The position numbers and the translations under genes were made by a program. Below the pieces are notes generated by a model. It was given only the letters and a program-made list of their open reading frames with translations, was not told the origin of the DNA and did not search any database. From Chiloscyllium plagiosum (taxonomy: Eukaryota), in NCBI RefSeq assembly GCF_004010195.1, contig NC_057719.1:59833088-59897087 (forward strand): a stretch of 64,000 nucleotides of DNA, given 5' to 3'. Position 1 is the first letter of the stretch. Every line of letters starts with the position of its first letter. Below are positions 1 to 13,679 of the stretch, piece after piece.

Positions 1-111
1 ATGCCCGAAACATCGATTCTCCTGTTCCCTGGATGCTGCCTGACCTGCTGCGCTTCTCCAGCAACACATTTTCAGCTCTGATCTCGAGCATCTGCAGACC
101 TCACTTTCTCC
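1..111 (+). mobile_element. Short PLE family A terminal-repeat element, cut by the window edge inside its hammerhead
   Basis: gcccgaaacatcgattctcctg...ggatgctgcctgacctgctg...cactttctcc matches copies at 11745, 41390, 46536 and 54161. Confidence 0.85.
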
Positions 112-3100
112 TCATTAAGAGAAAGACAATTGACTCAAATTCTCATGTTCTCCTCCTAATTTTCTTTGTTGTGTATATATACTACAATGTGGTTCTGAGA
201 GCGTTAGGTAGCTGACGACTGAACAGCATAGTAGTGTAAATGAATGAATATTTACTAACTAACTGAAAGGTTGGGAGTACAGGAAAGTAGAATTGAAGCT
301 ACAATCAGATCAGCATGATCTTATTGGTGGTGGAACAGGTTTGGTGTTGATTTGGCTAAAACCTGCCCTTAATTCATAAATTTGCATGTAACAATTTACA
401 CTATGGATGGAGGTATCATTCAGCAGGATTTCACTGGAAACTTCTTCGATTAGCCCCTGGGTCCATGTCATCTGATGTCATCTGACATTAATGATGAAGC
501 AGTCTAGATATTAGCATATAGCTATTAGCCCAATACAGGTGTATACTGCTGTAAGGACCATATCAGATTTATGATACTGTATCAAGATCAGGAAAACTGT
601 TAAAGAATGACTTAAAATTATTTATGAATGCTGGACAAATAGAAAACAAAAATCATTAGAGAAGATTTTTAATGGCAGATAATTCTGGAACAGATAATTT
701 ACAAAAATGAAGCAAGCTATATGACAAACGTTATGGATGTTGACGATTATATGTATGGTTGTTTAGTCTTAAGCTATATGGGGATAAATGCTGCTAAAAT
801 TCTTCAAAGGGTTAATGTCCTAGCAAAGAGATATACCAGCCCAGATAATGCCTAAGACTATGCTGCTCGAACAACCTGTGAAATTCAGCTGTCCACTATC
901 AGAAAAAAGGTTTGATGAATTGGTGTTTGGTGTTTGGTGGGTAAACTGCACAATCAGCCTGAGTAATCATAAAAATATTATTTTCAATATGCAGTTGACA
1001 GAGCTCTAAAGTGAAAGCAGAAAATTCTGGAAACACTCAATAGTTTAGGCAGGGAATAGACAAGTTAATGCATCAAAGTAACGCACAACAACACAAGTTT
1101 CCATCAAAACCATCCAGTTTCTCAAAGGAAATATAACTAACAACATTCTTTTGGTTGACCACTCAAACAGTTTGCCCTGCTCACTATTCACAGGTACAAC
1201 CCCAACTAACTGTCCCGTTAGATAACTTCTCTCTCTTTTATTTGCAGTCTTTTAAATTTTAACTAATCCTTGAATTAAGACTTGTACCTGGATGGAAAAT
1301 CAGAGAACAATCAGCATGATTAAGGGAAATGATTGGGTGTGCTGAGATTTTAGGCACACTGCTCATTGACATTCCCATTGACCACTCAGCATCAATACTG
1401 GCACCCAATGATTTGTCCACAGTCATCAGTTGTGAAAGGCAGAAAATATAAAATCAGTGGTATATGAACATTAGATAGCTGATGAGATCAATTAATGACA
1501 TGAAATCAAATCCAGGCTCTAAACAGTTAACCAAATTATTATGAGATGATGCATGCTCCAAATTATTTTCGCCAACTAGTCCTATTGTCTAATGAAGTGC
1601 TTTTACCATTTAGCTTTTAATTAGTATTGTGCATTTTGTATTCACAGGTGGTATTTGCTCTATTCTTCTCACATTTCACAACGAGTAAGAAACCAGCTCA
1701 CACCAAGTGACCCGTGAAACAGCCTGTGCTGGGGAAGAATCTGGCTCAAATCCAAATTCAATCGGCTTATGCACTGAGCAATCAATCCCACCAAAGCAGA
1801 AACTTGTTTTAAAACCCTTCATAAAAAAGAACAAGTGTGTGCAAATCGTTTTGAGTCTCTGTGAGCTTTTGAAGCCAAGTGTTATTAAAGAAACAGAAAG
1901 TTCTATGAGGCAATTTATTGGAGTATAGTTATTTCTTCTATCTTGCAATATCCTCGTCATATGAAAAGGTTTCAATGTTATTTCCAGGAATCTGTTAGTC
2001 TAGAGCATTCACTGGAATTTTAACACCAAAATAGTAAACAATACCATGTGATTTTTGTGTGGTGGACATGTGAATAGCCAAATATGACCTCACCCCATGT
2101 TCCGCTAAACAAATTATTTCTAAGTGCACTTAGGCATTTAGATTAAGCACCTGCATAAAACAATGAAGTAGCTAAATGAAACATCCTGTTAGGAAAGTTT
2201 TTGCATTAATACGTAACATTCCAAGTGCAGATCTATTGATTGTTCAACAGCTCCCGACCAGGGTTACCGGAGGAGAAAAGGAGTAGGGAGTGAGGAGGCT
2301 GAGAGTGGAGTCGGGTGAAAAGTGTAAACAATGTTTTATTCCAAGTAAGATTCAGTGATACATCATCAAATGCACTACCTGAAATAACTATTCACAATCT
2401 TCTAAATATCTGATTATATAATGGTTATATGGCATTGTAGTTAATTTGGAGTCTGTTAACTTAAGGAACATCATTTGCAATTTTATGTAATTTCATCAAA
2501 GATTAAATGTCTTGGTTTAAAATATACCCTTAATAAATTTCTAAAAATGATGGACGTATACAATGATAGGATTTCTTGAAATTGGTGAATTTGTTAAGCC
2601 TTCTTCTGCTTAGATCTATATATTGTTTCCCAGCTGCAAGAAGAAATAGTGCCAAGTGGGTCTGACTGTTTTAATTTTCTCATGTCAGCATGAGAATTGC
2701 TAATTTTTTCAGCAATGTTTTAAAAGTGCCACAAAATGTTTTGAGCATTGCATTTAGAAAAGGGACATACTACAGCTATTTTAAATAGTTTTGAAGGAAC
2801 ATAGCCATTTTCTGCTGGCATGCCCAGTCAGGCATTGGCAAACATGCCAACTCATGGTTTGATCACAAGACAATGTCAGACTTATGCTTTCACAATTCAC
2901 AGCGTGTATAATGTGTGAGCTTTATCTGGGAAGTGATTGCCACTGGGAGCGTCACAACTGCTGTGCAGTAGCAGGCAGCATTGTCTACATCTGTGAGTGG
3001 ATAAATCCATTCAGGTTTCTGCCTTGGGAGCCCACATGGGCTACCTTCTGACATAGCCATGTACGAGGATTGGGGCATGGAAACAGGTACGTAGCTGCAG

Positions 3101-3444
3101 GCCTACAAAATATTTTGCTACATTCCTGGTGGCAACCACCAAGCTTCTGGAACAAAAAACACTGTTTGTGCAAAATCACTGAAGGAAATAAAGATACCTT
3201 ATGCCAACTTTGCGCTCCAGTTCCTGTGCAAATCTTCCTCCCAGTTTTAGGCGCTCTCTAGATGCATTGAGAAGAAAATGAAGAGCTGAGAGCTCCCATC
3301 TCTGACATATTATTACCCTCGTATTTATCATCTACTTATGACAAGTGAAGGACAAGACCACTAACACCAACTTTCTAAAGTCCAAGAAATCCCCTAACTA
3401 GCTCAATGAGGGACAGTATTGATAAAATGAGTGTCTAGATATTA

Positions 3445-3872
3445 GCTTTGGCTCAGGGTTGGTGTACTTGCCTTTGAGAATGTCAGTTATGAATTTGAGT
3501 CTGACTTCAGAGACAAGCTTTATATTCTCAGCTGTTAATGCCGTTCAAGTACTGAGGGAATGCAGCATTGCGAATAGGGTGCCCACCACTGGGAGATGTC
3601 ATGCTTCCCAATCTTAGATAAAAGATTCTGTTATGCTTCTTGGAGAAAAAAGGAGCATCCACCCCGTTTCCTGGCCAACATTTACCCTTCAACTAATATC
3701 CCATAAACAGACGATCTACTCATTGTTGCTTGCTAGAGTTTGTTGTGGACAAATTGGCAGCGTTATTTCTTAATTTCCAATAATTACATACATTTTTAAA
3801 AGTACCTAGTTAGTCTTAAAGCACTTTGGGATATTCTGAGGTCGTGAGCAATATTATATAAATGCAAATTTT
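3445..3872 (+). mobile_element. Decayed Deu-domain SINE (SacSINE1/AmnSINE-like) with L2-type tail
   Basis: tRNA-like head (ggctcagggttggt), gtactgagggaatgcagca, taaaagattc...tcctggccaacattta, tail aagcactttggg...tataaatgcaa; recognised from memory of the consensus. Confidence 0.6.
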
Positions 3873-4019
3873 TTATTTTCCTTTCTGTCCCATTTACCTA
3901 TTGTAATGTTTAACACTCAGTATACCTCAGGCACATTGAAGGAAATGTACTTGCAATGTGCAATATATTAATAACATGAGGCAACATGTACAAGATACTA
4001 ATATATAAAAGCTAAATAT

Positions 4020-4212
4020 CATAGATGTTGAAGGTTTGAAATAAAATACAATGTGCTGCAGAAACTCAGCTGGCCTGGTAGCATTTGGAAAGAGAAATGC
4101 AGTTGGCGTTTCAAGTCTGATATAACTCTTCAGAAGAGTCAGACTTCCAAAAAAGGGCATTAATCTCAAAATGTTAATTCTGTTTCCATCTTCTTGGATG
4201 TTGCCAGATCTG
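4020..4212. mobile_element. Degenerate inverted (hairpin) PLE family C short element
   Basis: ctcagctggcctggtagcatt...cgtttcaagtc...cttcaga, then the inverted copy gatgttgccagatctgttgag. Confidence 0.55.
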
Positions 4213-4509
4213 TTGAGTTTGTCCAGCATCCTGTAAATCTAACGTTATAACTTTTTTACAATAGTAGAATAGCAACTAGTTTGCAATGGTGTCCTTCTCC
4301 ATCTGTTGTCCCCTGTCTCCTTCTGTTTCCCAGATTTTTCATCTTTAGCTTTATTGTAATTTCCTCATTGATGTGATCTCTTTACCAGCCTGTTTGCAAG
4401 CTCAAAATTGTTTTTTTCCCCTGCTTATGACCAACTTGCTGCTGAACTTCAAGTGAGGTTTTTAATCTATATTTGTGTTTTTTAAATCACTTTTTCAACC
4501 ACCTTAATA

Positions 4510-5012
4510 CCAAATAACTGCAGATACTGGAAATACAAACAAAAATTGTTGGAAAATCTCAACAGATCTGGCAGCATCTGTGAAGAAAAAGCAGGATTAA
4601 TGTTTAAGGTCCAGTAACCCTTCTTCAGAACTCAGTTAATTCTGGTTTCTCTCCACAGGTGCTGCCAGATTAGATTAGATTTCCTACAGTGTGGAAACAG
4701 GCCCTTCGGCCCAACAAGTCCACACCGACCCTCGGAACAGCAACCCACCCAGACCCATTCCCCTACATTTAGCCCTGCACCTATAACTACAGGAAATTTA
4801 GCATGGCCAATTCACTTATTCTGCACATCTTTGGATTGTGGGAGGAAACCAGAGGAAACCCATGCAGACGTGGGGAAAATGTGCAAACTCCACACAGACA
4901 ATTGCCCAAGGCAGGAATTGAACCCAAGTCCCTGGTGCTGTGAGGCAGCAGTGCTAACCACTGAGCCACCATGCCACCCATTTCTGCTGAATCTTTCCAG
5001 TACTGCTTTTGT
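4510..5012. mobile_element. Inverted PLE family C short element interrupted by an HE1 SINE
   Basis: Minus-strand arm 4513-4632 with decayed core (agttctgaagaagggttactggacc); plus arm ggtgctgccaga stops at 4668 and resumes as tctgctgaatctttccag at ~4983. Confidence 0.6.
4667..4979 (-). mobile_element. HE1-like tRNA-derived V-SINE
   Basis: Minus strand: ggtggctcagtggttagcac (A box), gggttcaattcc (B box), V-domain tgtgtggagtttgcaca...cctcccacaatccaaagatgtgcag, tail ctgtttccacactgtagg(aatct)n. Confidence 0.9.
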
Positions 5013-5600
5013 TCCTCCTTTAATTAAATTGTTCATCACCAGTTCTGATTTCAAACATAATGCAGCAGAGGCACATTTTACTTTCAGAAGACTTTTTATG
5101 TCAATAATTATAAGGCAGGCAACTTTAATTTGTGAAATAGTTACCAATTAAAAAAGTTTTTTTTAATGTTGCTAGTACAGGCTCCTCATCATTTAGGCAC
5201 TTAGAAAAAAAACAAAATTAGCCACAAACAAAGAGCATCTAAGCTGCAACTTCTTTAGGTAGACTTTAAAAATCATTGTATTATTAAAACAACACGTACA
5301 ATCTTCCAATTAAAGTTGAACATTTGAACTGTAGCAATACGTGGAGCATGAGTTTGTGTTACAAGTTTCCATGCAGGGCAGTAAGCGCAGACTGGTTTGC
5401 AAAACTACAAAGTAGCAGTCTCCTGATTCTTTTTGTGAGTAATCATTTGGCTGCATTAACATTCTGGGTAGATGTGTAACCTGTAGAGTCAACATATGCA
5501 TGAGAAATATTGGTTGCCTTCTGTCATTCTCTTCCATGTCTGTGGTTGTTCTCCTATGTTTTCTTTTTATTTCTGCACCTATTCTTTCTCCACTGACACA

Positions 5601-5925
5601 TATAGAATCATAGAGTCATAGAGAAGTACAGCACGGAAACAGACCTTTCGGTCCAACTAGTCCATGCCAACCAGATATCTAAATCCAATCTAGTTCCACC
5701 TGCCGGCAACCGGCGCAATCCCTCCAAACTCTTTCTATTCATACACTCATCCAGATGCCTTCTAAATATTGTAATTGTACCTGCCTCCACCATTTCCTCT
5801 GGCAGCTCATTCCATTCATTTACCAACCTCTGCACGAAGAGGTCCCTTTTAAATCTTTCCCCCTTCACCCTAAACCTATGCCCTCTAGTTCGGGACTTAC
5901 CCACCCCGGGAAAAGGTTTTGTATA
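5601..5925 (-). mobile_element. CR1 LINE 3' end (continues at 6551-7632)
   Basis: ORF2 C-terminus SRTRGHRF...WNELPEE and the (tctatgac)n tail. Confidence 0.9.
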
Positions 5926-6036
5926 TTTCCGCCACCTCCAAACAGACCCCACCACCAAGGATATATTTCCCTACCCTCCCCTATCAGCGTTCCGGAAAGA
6001 CCACTCCCTCCGCGACTCCCTTGTCAGGCCCACACC
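5921..6036 (+). mobile_element. PLE ORF fragment (RT-to-endonuclease linker)
   Basis: Translates FRHLQTDPTTKDIFPYPPLSAFRKDHSLRDSLV; similar to 36330-36430. Confidence 0.65.
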
Positions 6037-6211
6037 CGACTAATAATGACTCCAAGAGGAGCTTTCTTTTTAAAAAGGGCCTTAGTGTGAAGGGGTGTGG
6101 TGGCTAACAGCTACTTCAACTCTTTGGCACAAATGTAATTGTTGGAAGTGACAGTACAGTTTCATTTTTCAGTAGTGCTGAGTGTCTCAACATGCATCAT
6201 ACTATTTGAAG

Positions 6212-6340
6212 GAGCCGGTGTTGGACTGAGGTGGACAAAGCTTTAAAAAAAATCACACAACAGCAGGTTATAGTCCAACAGGTTTATTTGGAAGTACTAG
6301 CTTTTGAAATGCTGCTTCTTCATCAGGTGTTTGTGAAGCA
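6212..6340 (-). mobile_element. PLE family B terminal repeat fragment with decayed hammerhead
   Basis: Reverse complement of 21409-21526. Confidence 0.8.
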
Positions 6341-6344
6341 GTAC

Positions 6345-6552
6345 CATATCTATCGCATTCCCAACGCCCCTCCCCCAAGTCCCTCCTCCCTACCTTTTAT
6401 CTTAGCCTGCTTGGCACACCCTCCTCATTCCTGAAGAAGGGCTTATGCCCAAAACGTCAATTCTCCTGCTCCTTGGATGCTGCCTGACCTGCTGTGCTTT
6501 TCCAGCAACAGATTGTTCAGCTCTCATCTCCAGCATCTGCAGTCCTCACTTT
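6345..6552 (+). mobile_element. PLE family A 3' terminal repeat with hammerhead (core 6431-6458, GAAA mutated to AAAA)
   Basis: attc-ctgaaga-a-gggc-ttat-gccc-aaaac-gtc followed by the family A tail. Confidence 0.8.
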
Positions 6553-7632
6553 ATCCTATCCACACCCCTCATGATTTTATAACCCCTCATGATTTTATAA
6601 ACCTCTATAAGGTCACCCCTCAGCCTCTGACGCTCCAGGGAAAACACCCTCAGACTATTCAGTCTCTCCTTATAGCTCAAATCCTCCAACCCTAGCAACA
6701 TCCTTGTAAATCTTTTCTGAACCCTTTCAAGTTTCACAACATCCTTTTGATAGGAAGGAGACCAGAATTGTCCGCAATATTCCAAAAGCAGCCTAACCAA
6801 TGTCCCGTACAGCTGCAACATGACCTCCCAACTCCTATACTAAATGCTCTGACCAGTAAAGGAAAGCATACCAAATGCATTCTTCACTCTCCTATCTACC
6901 TGCGACTCTACTTTCAAGGAACTATGAACCTGCACTCCAAGATCTCTTTGTTCAGCAATACTCCCTAGGACCTTACCATTAAGTGTATAAATCCTGCTTT
7001 AATTTGCATTTCCAAAATGCAGCACCTCACATTTATCTGAATTAAACTCCATCTGCCAGTCCTCAGCCCATTGGTCCATCTGGTCCAGATCCCATTGTAA
7101 TCTGAGGTAACCCTCTTCACTGTCCACTACGCATCCAATTTTGGTGTCATCTGCAAACTTACTAACTGTACCTTCTATATTCATATCCAAATCATTTATG
7201 TAAATGATGAAAAGTGGTGGACCCAGCACCGATCCTTGTACCACTCCATTGGTCACAGGTCTCCGGTCTGAAAAACAACCCTCCACCACCGCCGTCTGTC
7301 TTTTACCTTTGAGTCAGTTGTGTATCCAAATGTCTAGTTCTCCTTGTATTCCATGAGATCTAACCTTGTTAACCAGTCTCCCATGAGGAACCTTGTTGAA
7401 TGCCTTACTGATGCCCATACAAATCGCATCTACCGTTCTGTCCTCATCAATTCTCTTTGTTACTTCTTCAAAAATCTCAATCAAGTTTGTGAGACATGAT
7501 TTCCCACGCGCAAAGCCATACTGACTACCCCAATCAGTCCTTGCCTTTCCAAATACATGTACATCCTGTCCCTCAGGATTCCTTCCAACAAATTGCCCAC
7601 AACAGATGTCAGGCTCACTGGTCTACAGTGCT
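6551..7632 (-). mobile_element. CR1 LINE ORF2 (RT) fragment
   Basis: Motifs QGSVLGP, FADDTK, LERVQKRFTRM. Confidence 0.95.
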
Positions 7633-8340
7633 GTGGCTTTTCCTTAAGATTGTTATTGACATCACTGGAATCTTATATGACTCAAACATACACATTATTT
7701 ATTTATTTATTAAAGTTGGAGGGTAATTGTGAGTAATTCCATATGTCATAAGATTAAATGTTATTGGGATGAATCCAAAGGTAATGAATTAGCAGTATGG
7801 TTGATTATCTTATTTTAATTAATTCCACTTTAGCAATATTTTCTACTACATCAAAAAAACAATGTTTATGGAAGGTGAACAAAATGCAATAAAATAGAAT
7901 AAATAAAATTTGCTGACAAAGTTGCAATATATAATGTATTTTTATAACATTAAATTCAATCTTCCCTGGCATTTAAAGTTCAGTTTGGTGTCATGACAGG
8001 AGTTAAGTTTTCAGAGGGAAAGTCAATGATAGGCTGAATGATCTTTTTTTGATTTTTATTTTTCCAATGTCATGTCTGCAACTTCAGATAAGCCTGCCAT
8101 ATGTGTAGTATTCATCTCACACCCTGCTCATTTGTACCTCAGCACTGTCCTATTACTTTACCATATGTTTCCACAGCATGTGAAGTTGTAATTGCCTGCT
8201 ATTTATATTTGATACTTTCTTGGCAGTTCCTTCTTGCTTCTGTACCCACTTTCACACCTGTCAGTCTGTGCACACACAAAAGACAAGTTTTAATTCTTGA
8301 ATGGAGTCTTCAGGATGGAATTTATGGGGAGATGGATAAA

Positions 8341-8388
8341 CTCTCTCTCTCTTTCTCTCTCTCACTCACTATCACACACACACACACA
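8341..8388. repeat. (CT)n/(CA)n compound microsatellite
   Basis: Seen directly. Confidence 0.9.
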
Positions 8389-10289
8389 CCTCTGACTGTA
8401 TTGCAATGTTAATATGCTAAAAGTGACATTAATTGGATCAGACGGGAAATCCGCAATGCCCCACCCAAACAAACCCATAACCACCACCACGGCAGGGATA
8501 GGAAGTCCTACCCTGGAGAGCAGGCCAATCTGATTGCTAGGACTATCAGCCAGAGTCAGAAGGTAGTAATGGCTGTTGCTGGGACACAACCAACTTCACA
8601 GATAGAGTGAAGATTTCTACCAGACTACAAGAAAGTCCAGGAAATTTGGGGTAGGGGTTAGGCAGGATTGTGTAATTTCAGTGATGGGGAGTTGGGCTGA
8701 AGGGCTGAGTTAGAGAGGCGTGTGACAGAAGCATGGTACCAACTTAGAGACAGTACACTAGATTTATCCCTGAGAGAAATACCCCTCTTTTTTTGCACTG
8801 CCAGCAGCCCTGCAGTGAAAACTCCTGGGCTGTCACCATGTTCCCACCTTGGTTTCATACTGAAACATTTCAAAGGAGGCAGAATGAGAGCATTTAGTAA
8901 CAATGAATTGCTGACTTAAACATCTCAGTAGGCCCAAGGGTAGATGGTGCTTGATGCTTTACTGTCCCCTGTGATATGGGGGACAAATGTGGTGTGAGTA
9001 GACTGATGCTTTACTTTATGTGACCACCCATCCCCCACCTTCCAATACATTAGCCAAGGGGGTCATAACTTTCACCCCTTTATTTTTAATCTTCATTTTC
9101 TCTTTTTCACTCATTGCTTTTGTACTCTTTGACTTTGTAGTTCTCTGTAACAGTGATCATGCTGTATGAGGAAGAGTCACTGTCTCCATAAGGTCCAAGA
9201 TTCACCAAAGCAGATGGTTTCTATGGCAGTATTCAGAGGCATCAGCACTGAGCTGGGAAACGCTAATGCTGCTAATTGTGGCAAAGTAGGGTAGGAGCTC
9301 AGAGTGCAGATGATGAGGAGCTTTAAACAAGGCACATCTTCTAAATGAGAGCATTTCGCTGCGATTTCTCTTTTTTTTTGTCTGGCTATCATTTAGATTT
9401 AGAGTTCAAAAATGCAAGCTAGTTAGTGCTATACAAAGTACTGTTCTGAAAGAGCTAATCTTGACATTGCATCAGCTTCACCCAATATGATGATGTCATG
9501 CAGTATCTGGGTGGAGTCAAGAGTTTAACACGAGACTTCAAAAGGAGCGGACATATTCTGTGTAGCTCCCGAGAGCCATTTGTAATTATGCTTAATATAA
9601 TCCTTAGTGATATAATTCTTAATCCTAAACATAATCCTTAGAAATTAGGCCTGACTAATAATGTAAACTGTACTTATTATTGTCATGCAATAAACCATCT
9701 TGTTAATTAGGATGGGTATCTGTTCTGTAAAGACTCGAGTGACCCATCGTCTGCCATTGATAGTTACAAGTCTCCAGATACAGCATACACAAAGGAAGAT
9801 TGGTGGCATCAAACTACTTCAACCAATCCTTACCCTGTGCCACTAAACTGACAGAATTGGCAAGATAACATAAGGTGCTTAGAGGGGCAATTATGGGAAA
9901 TACCACATGGTAACAGTGGTGCAGATTCACATTCCTTACAGTGATCCCTACTATGAGGGGAAAATTCCCCAGGACAAGGATAAATCATTTTTTGAAGTTA
10001 AATTTGCCACTTTAAGAGCATTGCTGTTTTAAGAAGACACAATCAGCATCTGAGACGTGGTTATTTTGAGAAAGGAACTGCAGCAATTGGTTGAACAATA
10101 ACAGGACAGCAATTGAATCCACGCTGTTGGCATCACTCTACATCACAAACCAGTCATCTAGCCAACTGAGCTAATTGAACCCCCAGCACCATGCAGTTCT
10201 CTGACAGACAGTTGTAATTTCATTCTCCTCAAGCAAGGGAATTTTACAGATAAAAGAGTAACATTTACTAAAAGACCAATGTAAAATTA

Positions 10290-10610
10290 ATTAGATGACC
10301 ATTATCTTGTGTGACCTCTGTCGTATTCGGTTCAGATGAGTCCCCGGAAAAGTTTGATTTTCATCTTTCCAAAAATGGTGTTTCATCATATGATATGGGT
10401 GGTCAAAAGAAGGTATATTTTGGTATTCTCAGTTTTCTTGCAATGATGCTTGTTGCAAGGTCTTTACCTCCTTGTGCAATTAGGCATTATTTGTTCTGTG
10501 GTCAATGGATGCTTTTGACATTTGCACATTCTCTGGAAATGTTTTACTTCCTTACAGAATTTGCATAGATGTGATGAAATGGGCATTTTTTTTTTGTATG
10601 TGTGATAGTT
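10290..10610 (+). mobile_element. Old L1-like ORF2 C-terminal remnant
   Basis: DMGGQKKVYFGILSF resembles DMHGKRLFSILSF of the adjacent L1; both share acttccttaca. Confidence 0.4.
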
Positions 10611-10711
10611 TTTTTTCAATTCCACATTTGGAAACAATGTGTTCTAGCATCAAGGGCTTAAAGAGAAGTCATGTTTTTTTCTGTCATCTGATGTTTTGGT
10701 GTTTTTGTATC

Positions 10712-13053
10712 TTTTTTTATAGATATTTTTATTGAAAATTTAACATTTTTACAAGTTTACAAAAAATAAAAAAAAAACCAAGTATAAACATTGATATACA
10801 ATTAAATCTTAAATAAATAATAACCAAAATTTAACAAAAGAAAAATACCGAGAAAAAAAACTCAACTAACTACTAATCTAACCTACAACTAACCAGAGTG
10901 TATAATTAAGTCTCTTACATTATTCAAATAAGAGAGAGAAAAGAACTGACGGATAACACAGAAATTGGGTAGTGAAATAACATGCTCGGAATGTATTAAC
11001 ATCAAATCGTAACAAAACCCGTATTCGTGTGGGATTCCTCTCCCAAGGGCCCCCAGACCAGCCAGATCCACCATCTCAATTAAATAAAAGCCCTTGTTAG
11101 GAGAGCCGAAATATCTGTATTTATATAATTCAAGAAGGGCTGCTATATTTTATGGAATAATTCGGTCTTTTGGTGCACCTTATTTGTAAGGAAGTCAAGA
11201 GGAATACATTCCATGATTAATCTGTGCCAATTTGAAAGTCCAGGGGGGCCCTCAGCCACCCAGTTTACCAAAATATGTTTCCTTGCACAGAAAGAGAGAA
11301 TAGAAAATAGTCTCTTCCCGTGCATGTCCAGGGAGGGAAAGTTCGAAAAGCCCAAAAGGAGATATACAGGGTCCACTCTAATTTCTGTTCCTAAGATTTC
11401 TGTCAGAGCACTAGCTACTTTAGTCCAATATCTACGGATCTTGTGACAGGTCCATAGGCAATGTATAAGAGTGCCCACCTCTATTTTACATTTGGGGCAC
11501 ATTGGAGATGCTCCTGCCTTAAACTTTGCCAATCGATTCAGTGCTATATGGGCCCTATGAGTATCTTCAACTGAATGGCCTGAGTTCTGTTGCAGATGGA
11601 GATTTTTCTGGCATTTTCCCAAATGTCATTCCACGTTTCTATAGAGATTTCTAGTCCCAAATCCTGATCCCATGTTTTAAGCAGATTGTCCATATCTCCC
11701 AATACTTCATCATGTAATAAATGATAAATAGTGCTGACGGAAGAAGGGCTTATGCCGAAACGTCGATTCTCCTGTTCCTTGGATGCTGCCTGACCTGCTG
11801 CGCTTTTCCAGTAACACATTTTCAGCTCTGATCTCCAGCATCTGCAGTCCTCACTTTCTCCCTGACGGAAGATATCCCAATTGGCCATAGCACTCTACAT
11901 TCTCTATCTGATTTATAAAGACTATCTAATAACATAGTCTTCTTCTGTATGTAATCTTGAATTTGGAAGTATCGAAAGAGGTCTCCATTAAGTAATCCGA
12001 ATTTCTGACGCAGCTGTTCAAAAGACATCAGGAACCCTTCTTTAAACAGATCCCCTAAACAAGAGATACCCTTGGATCTCCAGAGTTTGAAGGTGGCATC
12101 TGTAAACCCCGGTTGAAATCCCCATGCTCCCACTATCGGCGCATAGGGGGATGTTTTATGTGAGTTGCCCTCATTTTGCCGCATTATATTCCAAGCTTTA
12201 ATTGTGTTTAGTATTATAGGGTTTTTACAGTGATCCATAATGATTTTCCTCTTGTCTGAAAATAAAAGGTTAATAAGTGAGTATTTTACTTGAGAAGCTT
12301 CGATGTCCAGCCAGATTGATTGCGGGTCAGACAAGACCTGATCGGCTATGTAACTTAATAGGGAACTTAACTGATATTTCCTAAAATCTGGGAAGTCCAA
12401 TCCTCCCCTTGCCTGTGGAAGCTGTAGCTTCTTCAGCTTAATGAGGGGCCGTCTATGATTCCAGATAAAGGAACCCAACCAGCCATATAATTTATGTAGT
12501 GCCAGCTTCGGCAGCATCACTGGAAGCATTCTCATAGGGTATAGGAGTCGGGGCAGGACATTCATTTTAATTAGTGCTATTCTACCTTAGCCAGGAAATT
12601 GGAAGGTCTCCCCATTGCTGGAGGTCCTGCTTTATCCTTTCCAGTAAATGCACAAAGTTAGCCTTGTGTAACTGACCAAATACTGGGGTAATAAAAATGC
12701 CTAAATATAAGAAACCCTCCAGCGACCGCCGAAAGGGAAAGTGTGATCCGTCCAATAAGTGGGGTATTATAGCAAGGCCACCCATTGGCATAGCCTCCGA
12801 TTTTGAGAAATTAATTTTATAGCCTGAGAATGCACTAAATGTATTAATAACTTGGATTAAGCGAGGTATGGACATCAGAGGATTACTGAGGAATAGAAGA
12901 ACATCATCTGCATACAGGGTAATTTTATGTTTCCCTGTACCAATCCTCGGGGCTGTTATATTAGGGTCAGCCCGAATAGCTTCTGCTAGTGGCTCAATTA
13001 TTAGCGTAAATAGCAATGGCAAAAGAGGACATCCCTGACTGCAGCCCCTATCC
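10712..13053 (-). mobile_element. 5'-truncated L1-clade LINE: RT, C-terminal CCHC knuckle, 3' UTR and poly(A) end
   Basis: GCSQGCPL, ITLYADD, SGYKINFSKS, CPKCKIEVGTLIHCLWTC; AATAAA at 10728-10733 (minus) and T-run at 10712. Confidence 0.93.
11745..11861 (+). mobile_element. PLE family A short insertion inside L1 ORF2
   Basis: TSD ctgacggaaga at 11734-11744 and 11862-11872; it splits the L1 ORF. Confidence 0.92.
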
Positions 13054-13678
13054 AGTGTTGTTAAGAAGGCATGTGGATATGGTATGTTAGCTTTTATTGG
13101 TAGAGGGATTGAGATTTGGAACCATGAGATCATGCAGCAGCTGTACAAAACTCTGATGCGGCCACATTTGGAGTACTGCGGACAGTTCTGGTCACCATAT
13201 TATAGGAAGGATGTGGAAGCTTTGGAAAGGGTTCAGAAAAGATTTACTAGAATGTTGCCTGATATGGAGGGAAGGTCTTACGAGGAAAGGCTGAGGGACT
13301 TGAAGCTATTTTCGTTAGACAGAAGAAGGTTGAGAGGTGACTTAATTGAGACATATAAGATAATCTGAGGGTTAGATAGGTTGGATAGTGAAAGCATTTT
13401 TCGCATGGAGACATTGCTTTACATTGAGGGGTGATAGATATAGGACTGATTTCAAAGGTAGTTTCTTTATTCAGAGAGTAGTAGGGGAGTGGAACACACT
13501 GCCTGCAACAGTAGTAGACTCATTAACTTTAAGGGCATTTAAATGACCATTGGATAGACATATGGATGAGAATGGAATAGTGTATATCAGATGGGCTTCA
13601 GATTGTTTCCACAGGGCAGTGCAACATCAAGGGCCAAAGGGCCTGTACAGCGCTGTATTGTCCAATGTTCTATGTTCT
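13054..13678 (+). mobile_element. CR1 LINE 3' fragment (atgttct-tail subfamily)
   Basis: RPHLEYCGQFW, LERVQKRFTRM. Confidence 0.93.
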
Positions 13679-13679
13679 C

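Noticed and set aside
400..1975. Possible coding remnants (400-960) and ORFs at 1676-1975
   Set aside because: No recognisable domain or convincing splice pair
4900..4979. tRNA gene
   Set aside because: It is the tRNA-derived SINE head continuous with the V-domain; no full cloverleaf
9120..9600. Possible conserved non-coding element
   Set aside because: Unique-looking sequence only; conservation cannot be judged without alignments
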